A stretch of DNA of 64,000 nucleotides from Minisyncoccota bacterium (GTDB taxonomy: Bacteria > Patescibacteriota > Minisyncoccia > UBA6257 > UBA9933). Under the pieces are notes generated by a model. The model had not been told where the DNA came from, made no database searches, and was given only the letters and a program-made list of their open reading frames with translations. The stretch covers positions 1,398 through 65,397 of the forward strand of contig JBAZEU010000001.1 in the NCBI GenBank assembly GCA_041653755.1. Reading direction: 5' to 3'. Positions 26,329-35,929 of this stretch are shown here, in pieces; position 1 is the stretch's first letter; the number at the start of each line of letters is the position of its first letter. Made by a program: the position numbers and the translations under genes.

Positions 26329-27972
26329 TTATTTGAAGACCCTTATTGTTTTTAAATACCATTTGTCAACGTTATCAAAACGGGCATTTGGCACGGGGAT
26401 ATTTTGTTCTTCGAACCCTTTCAGGTTTTTGCTGGCGATATAGAGATAATTCGGGGAGAGAAGAAAAATAGCTGGTTGATCGTTGGAAATTATTGTCTGG
26501 AAGTTTTTCCAGTCAATGAGCCGGGATTGAACGTCAAAGTTTTGCCTGATTTTTTCTATTAGGGCGTCTACTGATTTATTTTCGTAGAGAGATAAATTAA
26601 GGCCCGGATAAAATCTTTCCGAAGAGTGCCAGAAAGAAAACGGGTCTGGGTTTCTTCCAAAGATATTGCCGAAAAGTATCATTTGATAATCCCGAGTTTT
26701 AACCGCGTCTTCTAATGAAGGCAATTTGATTAGGTTAATTTTAACCCCGATTTTCTGCCAGTTTTCGATTAAAAGATTGGCAGTGCCGGCGAATAAAGGA
26801 TTTTCTGGAGCTATTAGATTAAGTTCTAAAAGAGTTTTATTCTTCCCACTGGTTTTTTCTCTAATGCCATCACTATTTAATTTCCAGCCATCTTTTTCTA
26901 AAATTTCATTAGCTTTATCTAAAGAGAAAAAATTCTGGTCGATCAGATTCGGGTTAAATCCTTCCATGGTCGGCGTAAGCGGTCCAACAACTTCTGTCGC
27001 CATGCCGCCAAATACTTTGTCAATAATAGTTTTCCGGTCGGTCGCATAATTTAAAGCGATTCTTACATTAGAATTTTTCAACGCTCCGTTGGCGTTTTGG
27101 TTAAGGAAAATCGCATAGTATTTAGGAAGATTAACTCTAAAGGTTTGATGGGGCACAGAAATTTCATTTAAAGTCGTTGAAGATATGCCAGCCAACCCGT
27201 TGATTAAGCCGGAATTGAAAGCATCTTTGGCTTTTTCTTCGTCAGCATAAAAATTCAAATTGAAATTTTTCAGATATGGTTTTTTTACCGCGTATTTGTT
27301 TTGAGTCAAGTGATAGGAAACAATAAATCCGTCCTTTTGTTTTTTATAAGATACATATTTGAACGGTCCGGAGCCAACCGGTTCCAGATTATAATTTGAT
27401 AGTTTCAGATTAGTAGCTGGGATATCTGCGAATACGTGTTTTGGAATTGGCCTTAATTCTTGCAAGGTGCTTTCAAAGAAAGAATAAGGCACGGGGAGAG
27501 TTAAGGTTAGCTCTCTTTCGCTCACTCTTTGGGCAGTTATGCCGCTGAAAGCGCTATAGAGTAAAGACTGGGTGCCTAGTCCTTGGATAGTGTCAATTGT
27601 GAAAATTACGTCGTCGCTGGTTAACGGTTGGCCATCGCTCCAGTGGAGGTTGTCTTTTAACCGAATTCTTATTACTTTCCCGTCATCTTCGAATTTGTAA
27701 CTATCGGATAAGCTCAAGACATCTTCAAAAAGCAATTCGGTTAAATCCCGGTCAGCGTCAGAATTAGCCAAGACAGGATTAATGAAAATCGGCTGGCTGG
27801 TTAATCCTTCGGTAAATTCCCCGCCTTCGATCGGCAAGGCAACGGTTTTTTCCTGAATGAAATTAGCGAAAAGAATAATGGCGCTAATCAAAAAAAGCGC
27901 CAGCGCCACGATGAAAAAAATGCGCTCTTTTCTGGAAAAAGATTGGAATATTTTCTTAAGCTTTAAAAACAA
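26329..27972 (-). CDS. ABC transporter substrate-binding protein, family 5 (OppA/DppA-like, peptide/nickel).
   Basis: N-terminal TM/signal anchor. 547-aa SBP_bac_5-like composition. No cognate permease genes are adjacent. Confidence 0.65.
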   Translation of the reverse strand: MFLKLKKIFQSFSRKERIFFIVALALFLISAIILFANFIQEKTVALPIEGGEFTEGLTSQPIFINPVLANSDADRDLTELLFEDVLSLSDSYKFEDDGKVIRIRLKDNLHWSDGQPLTSDDVIFTIDTIQGLGTQSLLYSAFSGITAQRVSERELTLTLPVPYSFFESTLQELRPIPKHVFADIPATNLKLSNYNLEPVGSGPFKYVSYKKQKDGFIVSYHLTQNKYAVKKPYLKNFNLNFYADEEKAKDAFNSGLINGLAGISSTTLNEISVPHQTFRVNLPKYYAIFLNQNANGALKNSNVRIALNYATDRKTIIDKVFGGMATEVVGPLTPTMEGFNPNLIDQNFFSLDKANEILEKDGWKLNSDGIREKTSGKNKTLLELNLIAPENPLFAGTANLLIENWQKIGVKINLIKLPSLEDAVKTRDYQMILFGNIFGRNPDPFSFWHSSERFYPGLNLSLYENKSVDALIEKIRQNFDVQSRLIDWKNFQTIISNDQPAIFLLSPNYLYIASKNLKGFEEQNIPVPNARFDNVDKWYLKTIRVFK

Positions 27973-28171
27973 GGTTTAGAATAGCTAAGACGATAAAAAC
28001 AGCGACCAGGACTATGGTGGAGTAGAAAATTACGCGTTCCAACCCTCGTCTGGTCTGATAGAATTCTCCGCCATGACCGCCGAAAATTCCGGATACGCCA
28101 CCGCCCCTTTCCTGGAGAAGGATTAACACTATCAAAACAATAGAAATAATTAGCTGGATGTTTATTAGCAT
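27956..28171 (-). CDS. secG: Preprotein translocase subunit SecG.
   Basis: 71 aa with two TM helices and the LLQERGGGVSGIFGG glycine-rich motif. Confidence 0.75.
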   Translation of the reverse strand: MLINIQLIISIVLIVLILLQERGGGVSGIFGGHGGEFYQTRRGLERVIFYSTIVLVAVFIVLAILNLVFKA

Positions 28172-28180
28172 TTTGTTCTT

Positions 28181-28555
28181 TTAGGCCTCGTTCCTAAGCA
28201 CGGATTTGGCGAAAAAGGTGATTATCGTATTAACAAAGCTTACAATTAAAGTGGCAAAAAGTAAAGCTTTCAATGAAGAAATTACGATGTATGCCGGGAA
28301 AAGATAGGCGAGGAGCCACAAAAGGGCAGCGTTGACTATAATGATCCCAAGCCCAAAAGTCAGAAAAATGACGGGCGACAAGACAATTTTTAATATCGGC
28401 CTGATGAATATGTTAATTAACATTAAAACAGCCGACACTATGAGTAAGGCCTTTATGCTATTGGAAACGCTGAAACCGGCCACAAAATGCTTGGCTAATA
28501 GTAGTCCTGTTAAGCTCGACACGAAAAGAATGATGACGTGGTTGACGAACTTCAT
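28181..28555 (-). CDS. Small polytopic membrane protein (4 TM helices; holin-family-like/DUF360-like).
   Basis: Hydrophobicity pattern only. Confidence 0.35.
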   Translation of the reverse strand: MKFVNHVIILFVSSLTGLLLAKHFVAGFSVSNSIKALLIVSAVLMLINIFIRPILKIVLSPVIFLTFGLGIIIVNAALLWLLAYLFPAYIVISSLKALLFATLIVSFVNTIITFFAKSVLRNEA

Positions 28556-28571
28556 AATTGCATTGATTGTA

Positions 28572-30113
28572 TCAAATATTGAGGTATTTTACCAGATTTT
28601 GGCCGGTCATCTCTTCGGCTTTCTTAACTTCTAAGAGTTCCAAGACGGTCGGCGCTATGTCTGATAGAACGCCGATAACGTTTTTTATCTCTTTCTCGGC
28701 TTGGAGCGGATCTTTTTGACGCTGAAGATTTTTCGCTATTAAATAGAAAGGCACCGGATTATTGTTGTGCTTGGTTTCGATTTGGCCGGTCATTGGATCA
28801 AACATTTTTTCAATATTACCGTGGTCAGAAGTCAACATTAAAACCGCATCGTGCCCCAAAACAGTTGTAATGACTTTCTCAAGCATCTGGTCGATGATTT
28901 CCACTACCTTTTTAGTCGCTTCATAATTGCCGGTGTGGGCGATAATGTCAGAGTTGGCATAATTAACCAAGATGAAATCAAAGGCCTTTTCTTCTATCGC
29001 TTGGATAAGACGGTTAGTAATTTCATTGGCTCTCATTTCCGGATGATCGTCCGGTTTTAGATCCATTCGTGATGGGATAAGAATTCTGAATTCATTCTCA
29101 AATGGTTTCTCAACTAGTCCGTTGAAAAAATAGGTGATATGGGCATATTTTTCGGTTTCGGCCAGACGCAATTGAATCTTTCCGTTATCAGCCAAAATTT
29201 TTCCCAAAGGATTTTTCTCTTCTTCCGGCGGGAAAGCAACATTCACCTTGAAATCGTCGCGATAACTTATCATCGTAGCGATATAAAGGTTTTCGAATTT
29301 TTTTACCGGGAACTCTTTGAAATCTTTATTTATGAACGTTTCAACCATTTGACGCATTCTGTCCTCGCGGAAATTAAAGAAAATAACACTGTCGTTATCT
29401 TTAATCCCAGCATCGGGTTTCAGAAACATTGGTTCAACGTATTCATCATTAAGTTTTTTATGCGTTTTTTTGATACTCTCTTCGTAATTTTCAACCGAGG
29501 GAGAATCACCGACTAAAACTTTATAAGTTTTTTCGGTTCTGTCCCAATGCTTTGCCCGGTCCATTGCCCAATATCGTCCGGCTAAACTGGCGACGTTTTT
29601 TACTTCTTCACCAAGGCCCTTAATAAGTTCTAAAGATGAATAAGGTGGGCTGTCACGGCCGTCAGTAAAAAGATGAAGATTATATTTAACGCCTTCCTGT
29701 TTGGCGAATTTTATCAAAGCCATAAGATGTTCGGTGCTGGAATGAACATAAGTGGAAGGCGCGCTTAAAAGACCAACAATGTTTACAGAAGAATTATTTT
29801 TTTTGGCGTTTTCAAAAGCGCCTTTTAGGGCTTTATTTTCAAAAAAACTTCCATCGCGGATTGATAAAGCGATTCTTGGATAATTCTGATAAATTACCCG
29901 GCCTGCTCCCAAAGTAAGGTGACCGACTTCACTGTTGCCCTCTTCGTTCCAAGGTAGACCAACAGCAATACCAGAGGCCTGAAGCAGTCCGCAAGGGTAA
30001 TTATATTTTAGAGAATTAAAAACTTTTGGTTTGGCAGTATAGATAGGATTCGATTCGTTCATCTCTCCTTCTCCCCAGCCATCCAAAATCATTAAAACAA
30101 CAGTTTTGCGCAT
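28572..30113 (-). CDS. gpmI: 2,3-bisphosphoglycerate-independent phosphoglycerate mutase.
   Basis: MILDGWG N-terminus, metal-binding TSDHGN, 513 aa. Confidence 0.9.
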   Translation of the reverse strand: MRKTVVLMILDGWGEGEMNESNPIYTAKPKVFNSLKYNYPCGLLQASGIAVGLPWNEEGNSEVGHLTLGAGRVIYQNYPRIALSIRDGSFFENKALKGAFENAKKNNSSVNIVGLLSAPSTYVHSSTEHLMALIKFAKQEGVKYNLHLFTDGRDSPPYSSLELIKGLGEEVKNVASLAGRYWAMDRAKHWDRTEKTYKVLVGDSPSVENYEESIKKTHKKLNDEYVEPMFLKPDAGIKDNDSVIFFNFREDRMRQMVETFINKDFKEFPVKKFENLYIATMISYRDDFKVNVAFPPEEEKNPLGKILADNGKIQLRLAETEKYAHITYFFNGLVEKPFENEFRILIPSRMDLKPDDHPEMRANEITNRLIQAIEEKAFDFILVNYANSDIIAHTGNYEATKKVVEIIDQMLEKVITTVLGHDAVLMLTSDHGNIEKMFDPMTGQIETKHNNNPVPFYLIAKNLQRQKDPLQAEKEIKNVIGVLSDIAPTVLELLEVKKAEEMTGQNLVKYLNI

Positions 30114-30149
30114 ATGTTTATTTTAACAGACAATTTCTTGAGTACCAAT

Positions 30150-30190
30150 AAATAAAAACCACCGTTAGATCAAAGACCTAACGGTGGGGT
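30150..30190 (-). terminator. Minus-strand terminator upstream of gpmI and downstream of the small ORF at 30218-30439.
   Basis: ccaccgttag...ctaacggtgg hairpin followed by a T-run on the minus strand. Confidence 0.4.
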
Positions 30191-30217
30191 GTTGCGAGGA
30201 GAAATGAATCCAGTTAT

Positions 30218-30439
30218 TTAATCTTTTCGTTTTACTATTTTTACTATTTCCCCTCGGACAGGATCAAAATAGACAGTCTCTTTTTTCTTTGCGTTTAGAG
30301 ATCCTAGATTATGTAGATATCTTCTGCGGCGTCGAAGTTCCCAGAGAAAGATAAACGATTTTAGATTGTCTATCCACGGTGTGAACATACACAGAAGAAT
30401 ATATATCAGAAAGCCGATGCAAACAATTTGCAAAACCAT
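30218..30439 (-). CDS. Small hypothetical membrane protein.
   Basis: 73-aa ORF with one TM helix and a basic tail. Confidence 0.3.
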   Translation of the reverse strand: MVLQIVCIGFLIYILLCMFTPWIDNLKSFIFLWELRRRRRYLHNLGSLNAKKKETVYFDPVRGEIVKIVKRKD

Positions 30440-30559
30440 AAACCTCCTTGATTGTTAAATAGCGAGTCCTTATCACGTCATTGTGATCAAGGGTTAATGC
30501 GATATTCTATATATTAGCACATCGTTACTAAAGTGTCAAGATAGTCCTCTGCCATCGCA

Positions 30560-30588
30560 TTGACTTTTTAAAACGCCGGGCATATACT
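30560..30588 (+). promoter_or_regulatory. Sigma-70-like promoter TTGACT-N17-TATACT, roughly 210 nt upstream of rny.
   Basis: The only strong consensus promoter in this intergenic region. It implies a long 5' UTR. Confidence 0.35.
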
Positions 30589-30800
30589 AAAAGGCGTAAA
30601 CTTAATATTAATTATTTCCCATTCCCTAACGAATTCGGAAAGTACTCGTTAAAGTTTAATGAAAAATTTTAGAATAACTATTGGAAAAGATTCTGAATCA
30701 GGACTATACGATGGAGGGCTCTAACCTTTCCAGCGGTTTTTAATTTTTCTTTCAATAACTTTGCGATTACTCCTTTAGAAGTTAGAGGAAAATTTTTGCT

Positions 30801-32327
30801 ATGAACGCTTTAAATTCGCTTTTTGGCGTGTCTCTATTAATTTTAGGCAGTATTGTCGGCTATTTTTTACGACAAACAATTGTGTCCAAGCGAACCAAGT
30901 CGCTTGAGCAAGTTATTAAAAAACAGCTCGAAGAATCAAAAGCCAAAGTCGCTGATATTGTTTTAAAAGCCCAAGAGAAAGCCGCTGATTTGTTGGAAAA
31001 ATCGACCATCGAAGAGAAAGAAAGGAAAACCCAGCTTTTAAAACTGGAAGAAAGATTGCTAAGAAGAGAAGAAATTTTAGATCAAGAATCAGCTGGATTA
31101 AAAACCAAAGACCAGCAAAATCAGCAAACTGCCAAAGAATTAGAAGAAACGAAAGTTGAAATCAGTAGTCTAAGAAATGAAGCAATCATCCAATTAGAAA
31201 AAGTCAGTGGATTTTCAAAAGACGAAGCCAGAGAAGTTTTGTTGAAAGATGTTCGGGAACAATACCAAAAAGAATTGTCTCAATCGCTTGAAAAGCTGGA
31301 GAAAGACAAGAAAGAAGTGTTAGAAAAAAAGTCGTTGGAAATTATGACTACGGCTATTCAACGTTTAAGCCGTTCTCATGTGGCCAATGTTACTACGACA
31401 AACTTTGATTTAAAGAGTGAGGATTTGAAAGGAAAAATTATTGGTCGGGAAGGAAGAAACATTAGGACACTAGAACGATTAACAGGCGTTGAATTAATTA
31501 TTGATGAAACACCGGATAGCTTGGTTATCTCCTCTTTCGACCCGGTTAGACGTGAAATTGCCCGGTTGACCTTAGAAAAATTAATAGCTGACGGAAGAAT
31601 TCAACCAGCTAAAATCGAAGAAAAGGTTGAAGAAGCCAAGCAGGAAATAAATAAGAGAACCATCGAGGAAGGAGAAAAAGCTGCTTCTGAATTAGGAATC
31701 TATAACTTACCGAAAGAACTTGTTCAGCTTTTAGGCCGTCTTTATTTCCGCTTCAGTTTCGGCCAGAATGTTTTGCTTCATTCAATAGAAACAGCACATT
31801 TATCTTCAATGATTGCTTCAGAATTGGGGATTAAGGTAGAGGTGGCCAAAAAAGCAGGCTTACTTCACGATATTGGGAAATCGATTGACTACGAAGTAGA
31901 AGGCAGTCATGTTGAACTAGGCAGAAAGATTCTTAAAAAATACGGCATTGAAGAAGATGTGATTAAAGCGATGGAGTCCCATCACGAGGATTATCCATTT
32001 GCTACTTCGGAATCGTTTGTGGTAGCAGCGGCTGACGCTATTTCAGCTGCCAGACCGGGTGCCAGAAGAGACAGCTTGGAAAATTACATCAAGCGCTTAG
32101 AAGAGCTTGAGAAAGTGGCTGTTGCTTTTAAAGGCGTGAAAAACGCTTATGCTATTTCTGCCGGCCGAGAACTGCGAGTTTTCATTGAGCCGGAGAAAGT
32201 TGATGACTTTGGCGCTCTACAATTAGCCAGAGAAATTGCTTTAAAAATAGAGTCAGAGTTAAAATACCCCGGTGAGATAAAAGTTACGGTTATCAGGGAA
32301 ACCAGAGCGGTTGAATACGCAAAATAA
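30801..32327 (+). CDS. rny: Ribonuclease Y.
   Basis: N-terminal TM, coiled coil, KH domain (IGREGRNIRTLE) and HD domain (LLHDIGK). Confidence 0.9.
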   Translation: MNALNSLFGVSLLILGSIVGYFLRQTIVSKRTKSLEQVIKKQLEESKAKVADIVLKAQEKAADLLEKSTIEEKERKTQLLKLEERLLRREEILDQESAGLKTKDQQNQQTAKELEETKVEISSLRNEAIIQLEKVSGFSKDEAREVLLKDVREQYQKELSQSLEKLEKDKKEVLEKKSLEIMTTAIQRLSRSHVANVTTTNFDLKSEDLKGKIIGREGRNIRTLERLTGVELIIDETPDSLVISSFDPVRREIARLTLEKLIADGRIQPAKIEEKVEEAKQEINKRTIEEGEKAASELGIYNLPKELVQLLGRLYFRFSFGQNVLLHSIETAHLSSMIASELGIKVEVAKKAGLLHDIGKSIDYEVEGSHVELGRKILKKYGIEEDVIKAMESHHEDYPFATSESFVVAAADAISAARPGARRDSLENYIKRLEELEKVAVAFKGVKNAYAISAGRELRVFIEPEKVDDFGALQLAREIALKIESELKYPGEIKVTVIRETRAVEYAK

Positions 32328-32432
32328 GGGATACTTGACGAAGCTTGATTTAGTTAGATAAAATCTGTATTATTTGGGCAGCAGAATAACAAAGGTCGAG
32401 AAAGACAAAATTTTACAAATTTTTTAAATCAT

Positions 32433-32708
32433 ATGAACAAAGTAGGATTAACCGAAGCTGTAATGAAAGTCGCCGAGATCGAAGTTAAGAAACAGGCAAT
32501 AGCCGCTGTTGACGCGGTTTTCGATACAATCGCTTCAACTTTAGGCCGTGGCGAAGAAGTAGCAATTGCTGGTTTTGGAACTTTTAAGGTTGCCAAGAGA
32601 GCAGCCAGACAGGGAATTAACCCACGAACTGGCGAAAGAATTCAGATCGCCGCTTCCATCAAGCCAAAATTTAGAGCAGGTAAAGCGCTAAAAGAGGCAG
32701 TTAAATAA
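32433..32708 (+). CDS. hup: DNA-binding protein HU.
   Basis: 91 aa. GFGTFKV...RNPRTGE arm motif. Confidence 0.9.
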   Translation: MNKVGLTEAVMKVAEIEVKKQAIAAVDAVFDTIASTLGRGEEVAIAGFGTFKVAKRAARQGINPRTGERIQIAASIKPKFRAGKALKEAVK

Positions 32709-32725
32709 GTACTTAATTTAGAAAC

Positions 32726-32752
32726 AAAAAATCCCCGATCGGGGATTTTTTG
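32726..32752. terminator. Terminator after hup.
   Basis: aaaaaatccccgatcggggattttttg. Confidence 0.6.
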
Positions 32753-32856
32753 TTTGGGGTTGTTTGTCTGAAAACTATTTTATATAATATTTTAAGCAGG
32801 ACATTTAAAAGTTTTTTACAGGGTTTTTCGAGTGGTTGGGTTAACAATAAGGAGGA

Positions 32857-33063
32857 ATGATGTTGCAACAAATTAAGCAAATAATTATCAGGGAGTTTTC
32901 AGAATACATTTATTGTTGTAAAATGCGTGGATTTTGGCAATCACTTGCAACGTTGCTTGGGTTTCTTATTGTCGTCGTTATGATTTATCTAATTTGTTGG
33001 TACGTCAATCGGAGAGTAAGTAATCGGCCGATAAGTTGGCTAAAGCAACAACGCCGAGATTAA
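32857..33063 (+). CDS. Small hypothetical membrane protein.
   Basis: AAGGAGG RBS and one TM helix. Confidence 0.3.
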   Translation: MMLQQIKQIIIREFSEYIYCCKMRGFWQSLATLLGFLIVVVMIYLICWYVNRRVSNRPISWLKQQRRD

Positions 33064-33083
33064 AAATCTGCGGTCGACAAAAC

Positions 33084-33116
33084 GGGGAGGGCACATGCAG
33101 TTGCCCTCCCTTTTCC
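33084..33116. terminator. Bidirectional terminator.
   Basis: ggggagggcacatgcagttgccctccc followed by ttttcc. Confidence 0.55.
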
Positions 33117-33136
33117 ATTTATAAAGTAATTATTTT

Positions 33137-33922
33137 TTACAGTTTTTTTACGACTGCACTCATTTCTATGAATGCTTCGTAGGCGGATTTTATTTTTGTA
33201 AAGCCGTCTTCCAAGAGCAGTTGAAGTTGGGAGGCATCAACTTGACCCTCGTTTATTTCGACATCTATGGTCGAACTCGCATTTGCCGTTGAGGTAGCTA
33301 TCTCTTCGGTTGTCGTGGCCGGAGTAGATGTGGCTGAGAAATAGTCGTCAATGATTGTTTTTGCTTTTTCAAACGATTGGTTGGCGTCTCCAAGATTTTG
33401 TCTGGATTTATCCAAAAGCAGGTTCAGTTGAGTTATTTGGTCAACGCCCAAGTTTCCTAACTTTTCAACGTCTTTTTGGACTTTATTTAATCGGTCATTA
33501 GCAGTATCTAGCATCGCTCTCTGTTGGACTAAAAGGGAAAAGTTGATAATTATTTGAGCTTGAAGATTATAAGTATTTTCTCTCCAATTTTTATATTCGA
33601 CAGCCAAGGTTTTTAAAGAAGCAACACTCTTTGCCTTAGAGATTTTTTCGCTGACTTCCTTATTATAAGCATCAAACCCAGAAAGTATTTCTGACAGTTT
33701 AGTCTTTTCTTGAGCATATTCTGAGTTTCCGTCTAGTTGCAGATCATCCAAACTCTTATTTAGGTTTTGAATTTCTGCATTAGAAAGTTCCATAACCTTA
33801 TGGAAAGATTGCTGGCGGTTGGTGAAATCTTTTGATGGGGTAGCGGCTAAAACAAAAAAAGGGCTTATAGCCAAAGAAAAACAAATAGCTGTGACAAGTT
33901 GTAGCTTAAATCTTTGTTTCAT
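33137..33922 (-). CDS. Secreted coiled-coil protein, hypothetical.
   Basis: Signal peptide, then predicted helical Q/E/K-rich repeats. Confidence 0.45.
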   Translation of the reverse strand: MKQRFKLQLVTAICFSLAISPFFVLAATPSKDFTNRQQSFHKVMELSNAEIQNLNKSLDDLQLDGNSEYAQEKTKLSEILSGFDAYNKEVSEKISKAKSVASLKTLAVEYKNWRENTYNLQAQIIINFSLLVQQRAMLDTANDRLNKVQKDVEKLGNLGVDQITQLNLLLDKSRQNLGDANQSFEKAKTIIDDYFSATSTPATTTEEIATSTANASSTIDVEINEGQVDASQLQLLLEDGFTKIKSAYEAFIEMSAVVKKL

Positions 33923-33961
33923 CTAAAAGCGTTATAGCGGGCAGTACGCCCGATATATTCA

Positions 33962-34429
33962 TTATTTTACTAAATCGTTTAGGAGTTGATCAATTGTTTC
34001 AACAGAAGAAGAGACAGTAGATGTGGTATTGGCAATAGAGTTGTTTTTAGAGATGCTTTCCAGAGTACTCTTGGTAATTTCTTGAGACATCTGATGATAT
34101 TTTATTTCATTCAAATTGATGTTGATAGATTGGTTTATTTGGTCAGCTTCGGCAGAAATATTTTTGTCATTTAAGCCGGGCAAGAATAAAGGGGAAATGA
34201 CAGTGTTTAAATACAAGGCGCTGATGAAAATCACAAGCACTAACGCGCTAGCCAAAACAACGCCGCTGGAAAGTCGAAAGCCAGTAAGCGTTTTTTGCCA
34301 GACAGACGTTGCTTCGATAGGACTAATTCTCGGAGAATTTACAATTAAAGAAAGCGACTTTAAAGAATAGTCGTTGCCTGGCTTAATTGTTTTTAGATTT
34401 TTTAGTTTTCCTTCAATATTTTCCATCAT
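33962..34429 (-). CDS. Membrane protein, a putative anti-sigma factor from its position after the ECF sigma gene.
   Basis: Overlaps the sigma gene stop by 4 nt. A single TM helix near the middle. Confidence 0.35.
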   Translation of the reverse strand: MMENIEGKLKNLKTIKPGNDYSLKSLSLIVNSPRISPIEATSVWQKTLTGFRLSSGVVLASALVLVIFISALYLNTVISPLFLPGLNDKNISAEADQINQSININLNEIKYHQMSQEITKSTLESISKNNSIANTTSTVSSSVETIDQLLNDLVK

Positions 34430-34959
34430 TTTTCCAAAATGTTTCTTAAGCTTTTTAAAGCGCGATGTTGGATGATTCTTACGGCTGTTGGCGTTTTTTT
34501 AAGAGCCAAAGCGATCTCCTGCGGCGATAATTCTTCGATATAGCGCATAATAATCACGTCTTGCTGGTCTGGATTCAATTGCCTGATAGCGGTTCTTATT
34601 TTTTTAACTTCTTCATCTAAATCAATCTTATCTTCAACTTTTTTGTCTTCGCTGGCTATCTCTGGAACTTCTTCTATATCAAGTTCAATCTTTTGCGTTC
34701 GGTAAACATCAATCACTTGATTGCGGGCGATTCGGTAAAGCCAACTCGATAAAGGCAGTTTTTGATAAGTAAATCTTTCTATGCTTTGCCAGGCCTTTAG
34801 AAATACCTGGTGAGTGAGGTCTTCGGCCTCTTCTCTTTTGCTTAGCTTGATATAAATAAATCGGTAAATCTGGGGCTGATAGTGGCTGTAAAGCAGGCCA
34901 AATGCCTTCTCGTCGCCATGGATTGCCTTCTCTATTATATTTTGTTCATTATCTAACAT
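34426..34959 (-). CDS. RNA polymerase sigma factor, ECF (sigma-70 regions 2 and 4).
   Basis: Region 2 is YRFIYIKL...DLTHQVFLKAW. Region 4 HTH is LSPQEIALALKKTPTAVRIIQHRALKSLR. Confidence 0.85.
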   Translation of the reverse strand: MLDNEQNIIEKAIHGDEKAFGLLYSHYQPQIYRFIYIKLSKREEAEDLTHQVFLKAWQSIERFTYQKLPLSSWLYRIARNQVIDVYRTQKIELDIEEVPEIASEDKKVEDKIDLDEEVKKIRTAIRQLNPDQQDVIIMRYIEELSPQEIALALKKTPTAVRIIQHRALKSLRNILEK

Positions 34960-34994
34960 AGAAAACGAAAATGGGCGTATTTAGTTTCATCGTG

Positions 34995-35065
34995 AGCGGG
35001 ATACCGGAATCGAACCGGCGTCTTGACCTTGGAAGGGTCGTATACTGCCACTGTACTAATCCCGC
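34995..35065 (-). tRNA. tRNA-Gly (anticodon UCC).
   Basis: Manual cloverleaf: acceptor GCGGGAT/ATCCCGC, anticodon loop CTTCCAA, T-loop TTCGATT. Confidence 0.75.
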
Positions 35066-35123
35066 GCCAAAATTTAATCTTATCATTTTTGCCTTGCCTT
35101 TTTCAATGAGATTGGTTTAGAAT

Positions 35124-35738
35124 ATGAAGATGATGTCTAAACCCGGCTTTAGATTGCCTAAGAAATTTCGAGCCATTCTTATTTTTATAGTTATTATTTT
35201 GGTTGCCTATCTTTTGATCAGAATGATTCCGACCGGCGCACAAAAAGTGCCGAAAGAATTTTTGGAAGCGAGGGCTAATGCTTCCCCAATTGCTCAAGAT
35301 ATAGTAAATAATTCTAACGACTTGACTAAATCTCTTGATCAAGTTGCTCAGTTTGATTCGGAAAAGAAATATACCGAAGCTATTAATTTTTTAACTAAAG
35401 AAATTGATCGCAACAAAGACATTAATCAGAAAGCTATCAAGCTTTCAGAAGAGTTAGGGAAGATGGCAACGGCCGTTCCGAATATTTCTCCAGCCAGCGC
35501 AAGCCAGTTAGCGCTCCAAGCGATTAGTTCAGAGACCACCCTGATTAGTCGTTTGATCGTTTATAATGGTTATCTTGGCCAACTTTTGGAAGAGTTGCGA
35601 TTAAAGTTTCTTGGTCAGAAAACGGATGGTCAAACAATCAAGGATCTTATAGGTAAAATTAATGACGAGGTGAAAAATATCAACGCGCTTAACGTTCAAT
35701 TCAATTCTTCGATGGACAAACTGGACGGAGGAAAGTAG
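35124..35738 (+). CDS. Hypothetical secreted/membrane-anchored protein.
   Basis: N-terminal TM and helical repeats. Confidence 0.45.
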   Translation: MKMMSKPGFRLPKKFRAILIFIVIILVAYLLIRMIPTGAQKVPKEFLEARANASPIAQDIVNNSNDLTKSLDQVAQFDSEKKYTEAINFLTKEIDRNKDINQKAIKLSEELGKMATAVPNISPASASQLALQAISSETTLISRLIVYNGYLGQLLEELRLKFLGQKTDGQTIKDLIGKINDEVKNINALNVQFNSSMDKLDGGK

Positions 35739-35740
35739 TT

Positions 35741-35811
35741 CGGGCTCATAGTATAGTGGTAATACACCGCATTCGCATTGCGGAAACGCGAGTCCGATTC
35801 TCGCTGAGTCC
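35741..35811 (+). tRNA. tRNA-Ala (anticodon CGC).
   Basis: Manual cloverleaf with the G3:U70 Ala identity pair. Anticodon loop TTCGCAT. Confidence 0.8.
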
Positions 35812-35929
35812 ACATCTAGTTATCCACAATGGACGGCTTCACAGGGCCGTTTTTTTGGTATAATAAAGGAAAGGAAGTAAAGGTCGAAAATTTAAGCATT
35901 TAACACTATTATTTAAGTAAATATAAAAT

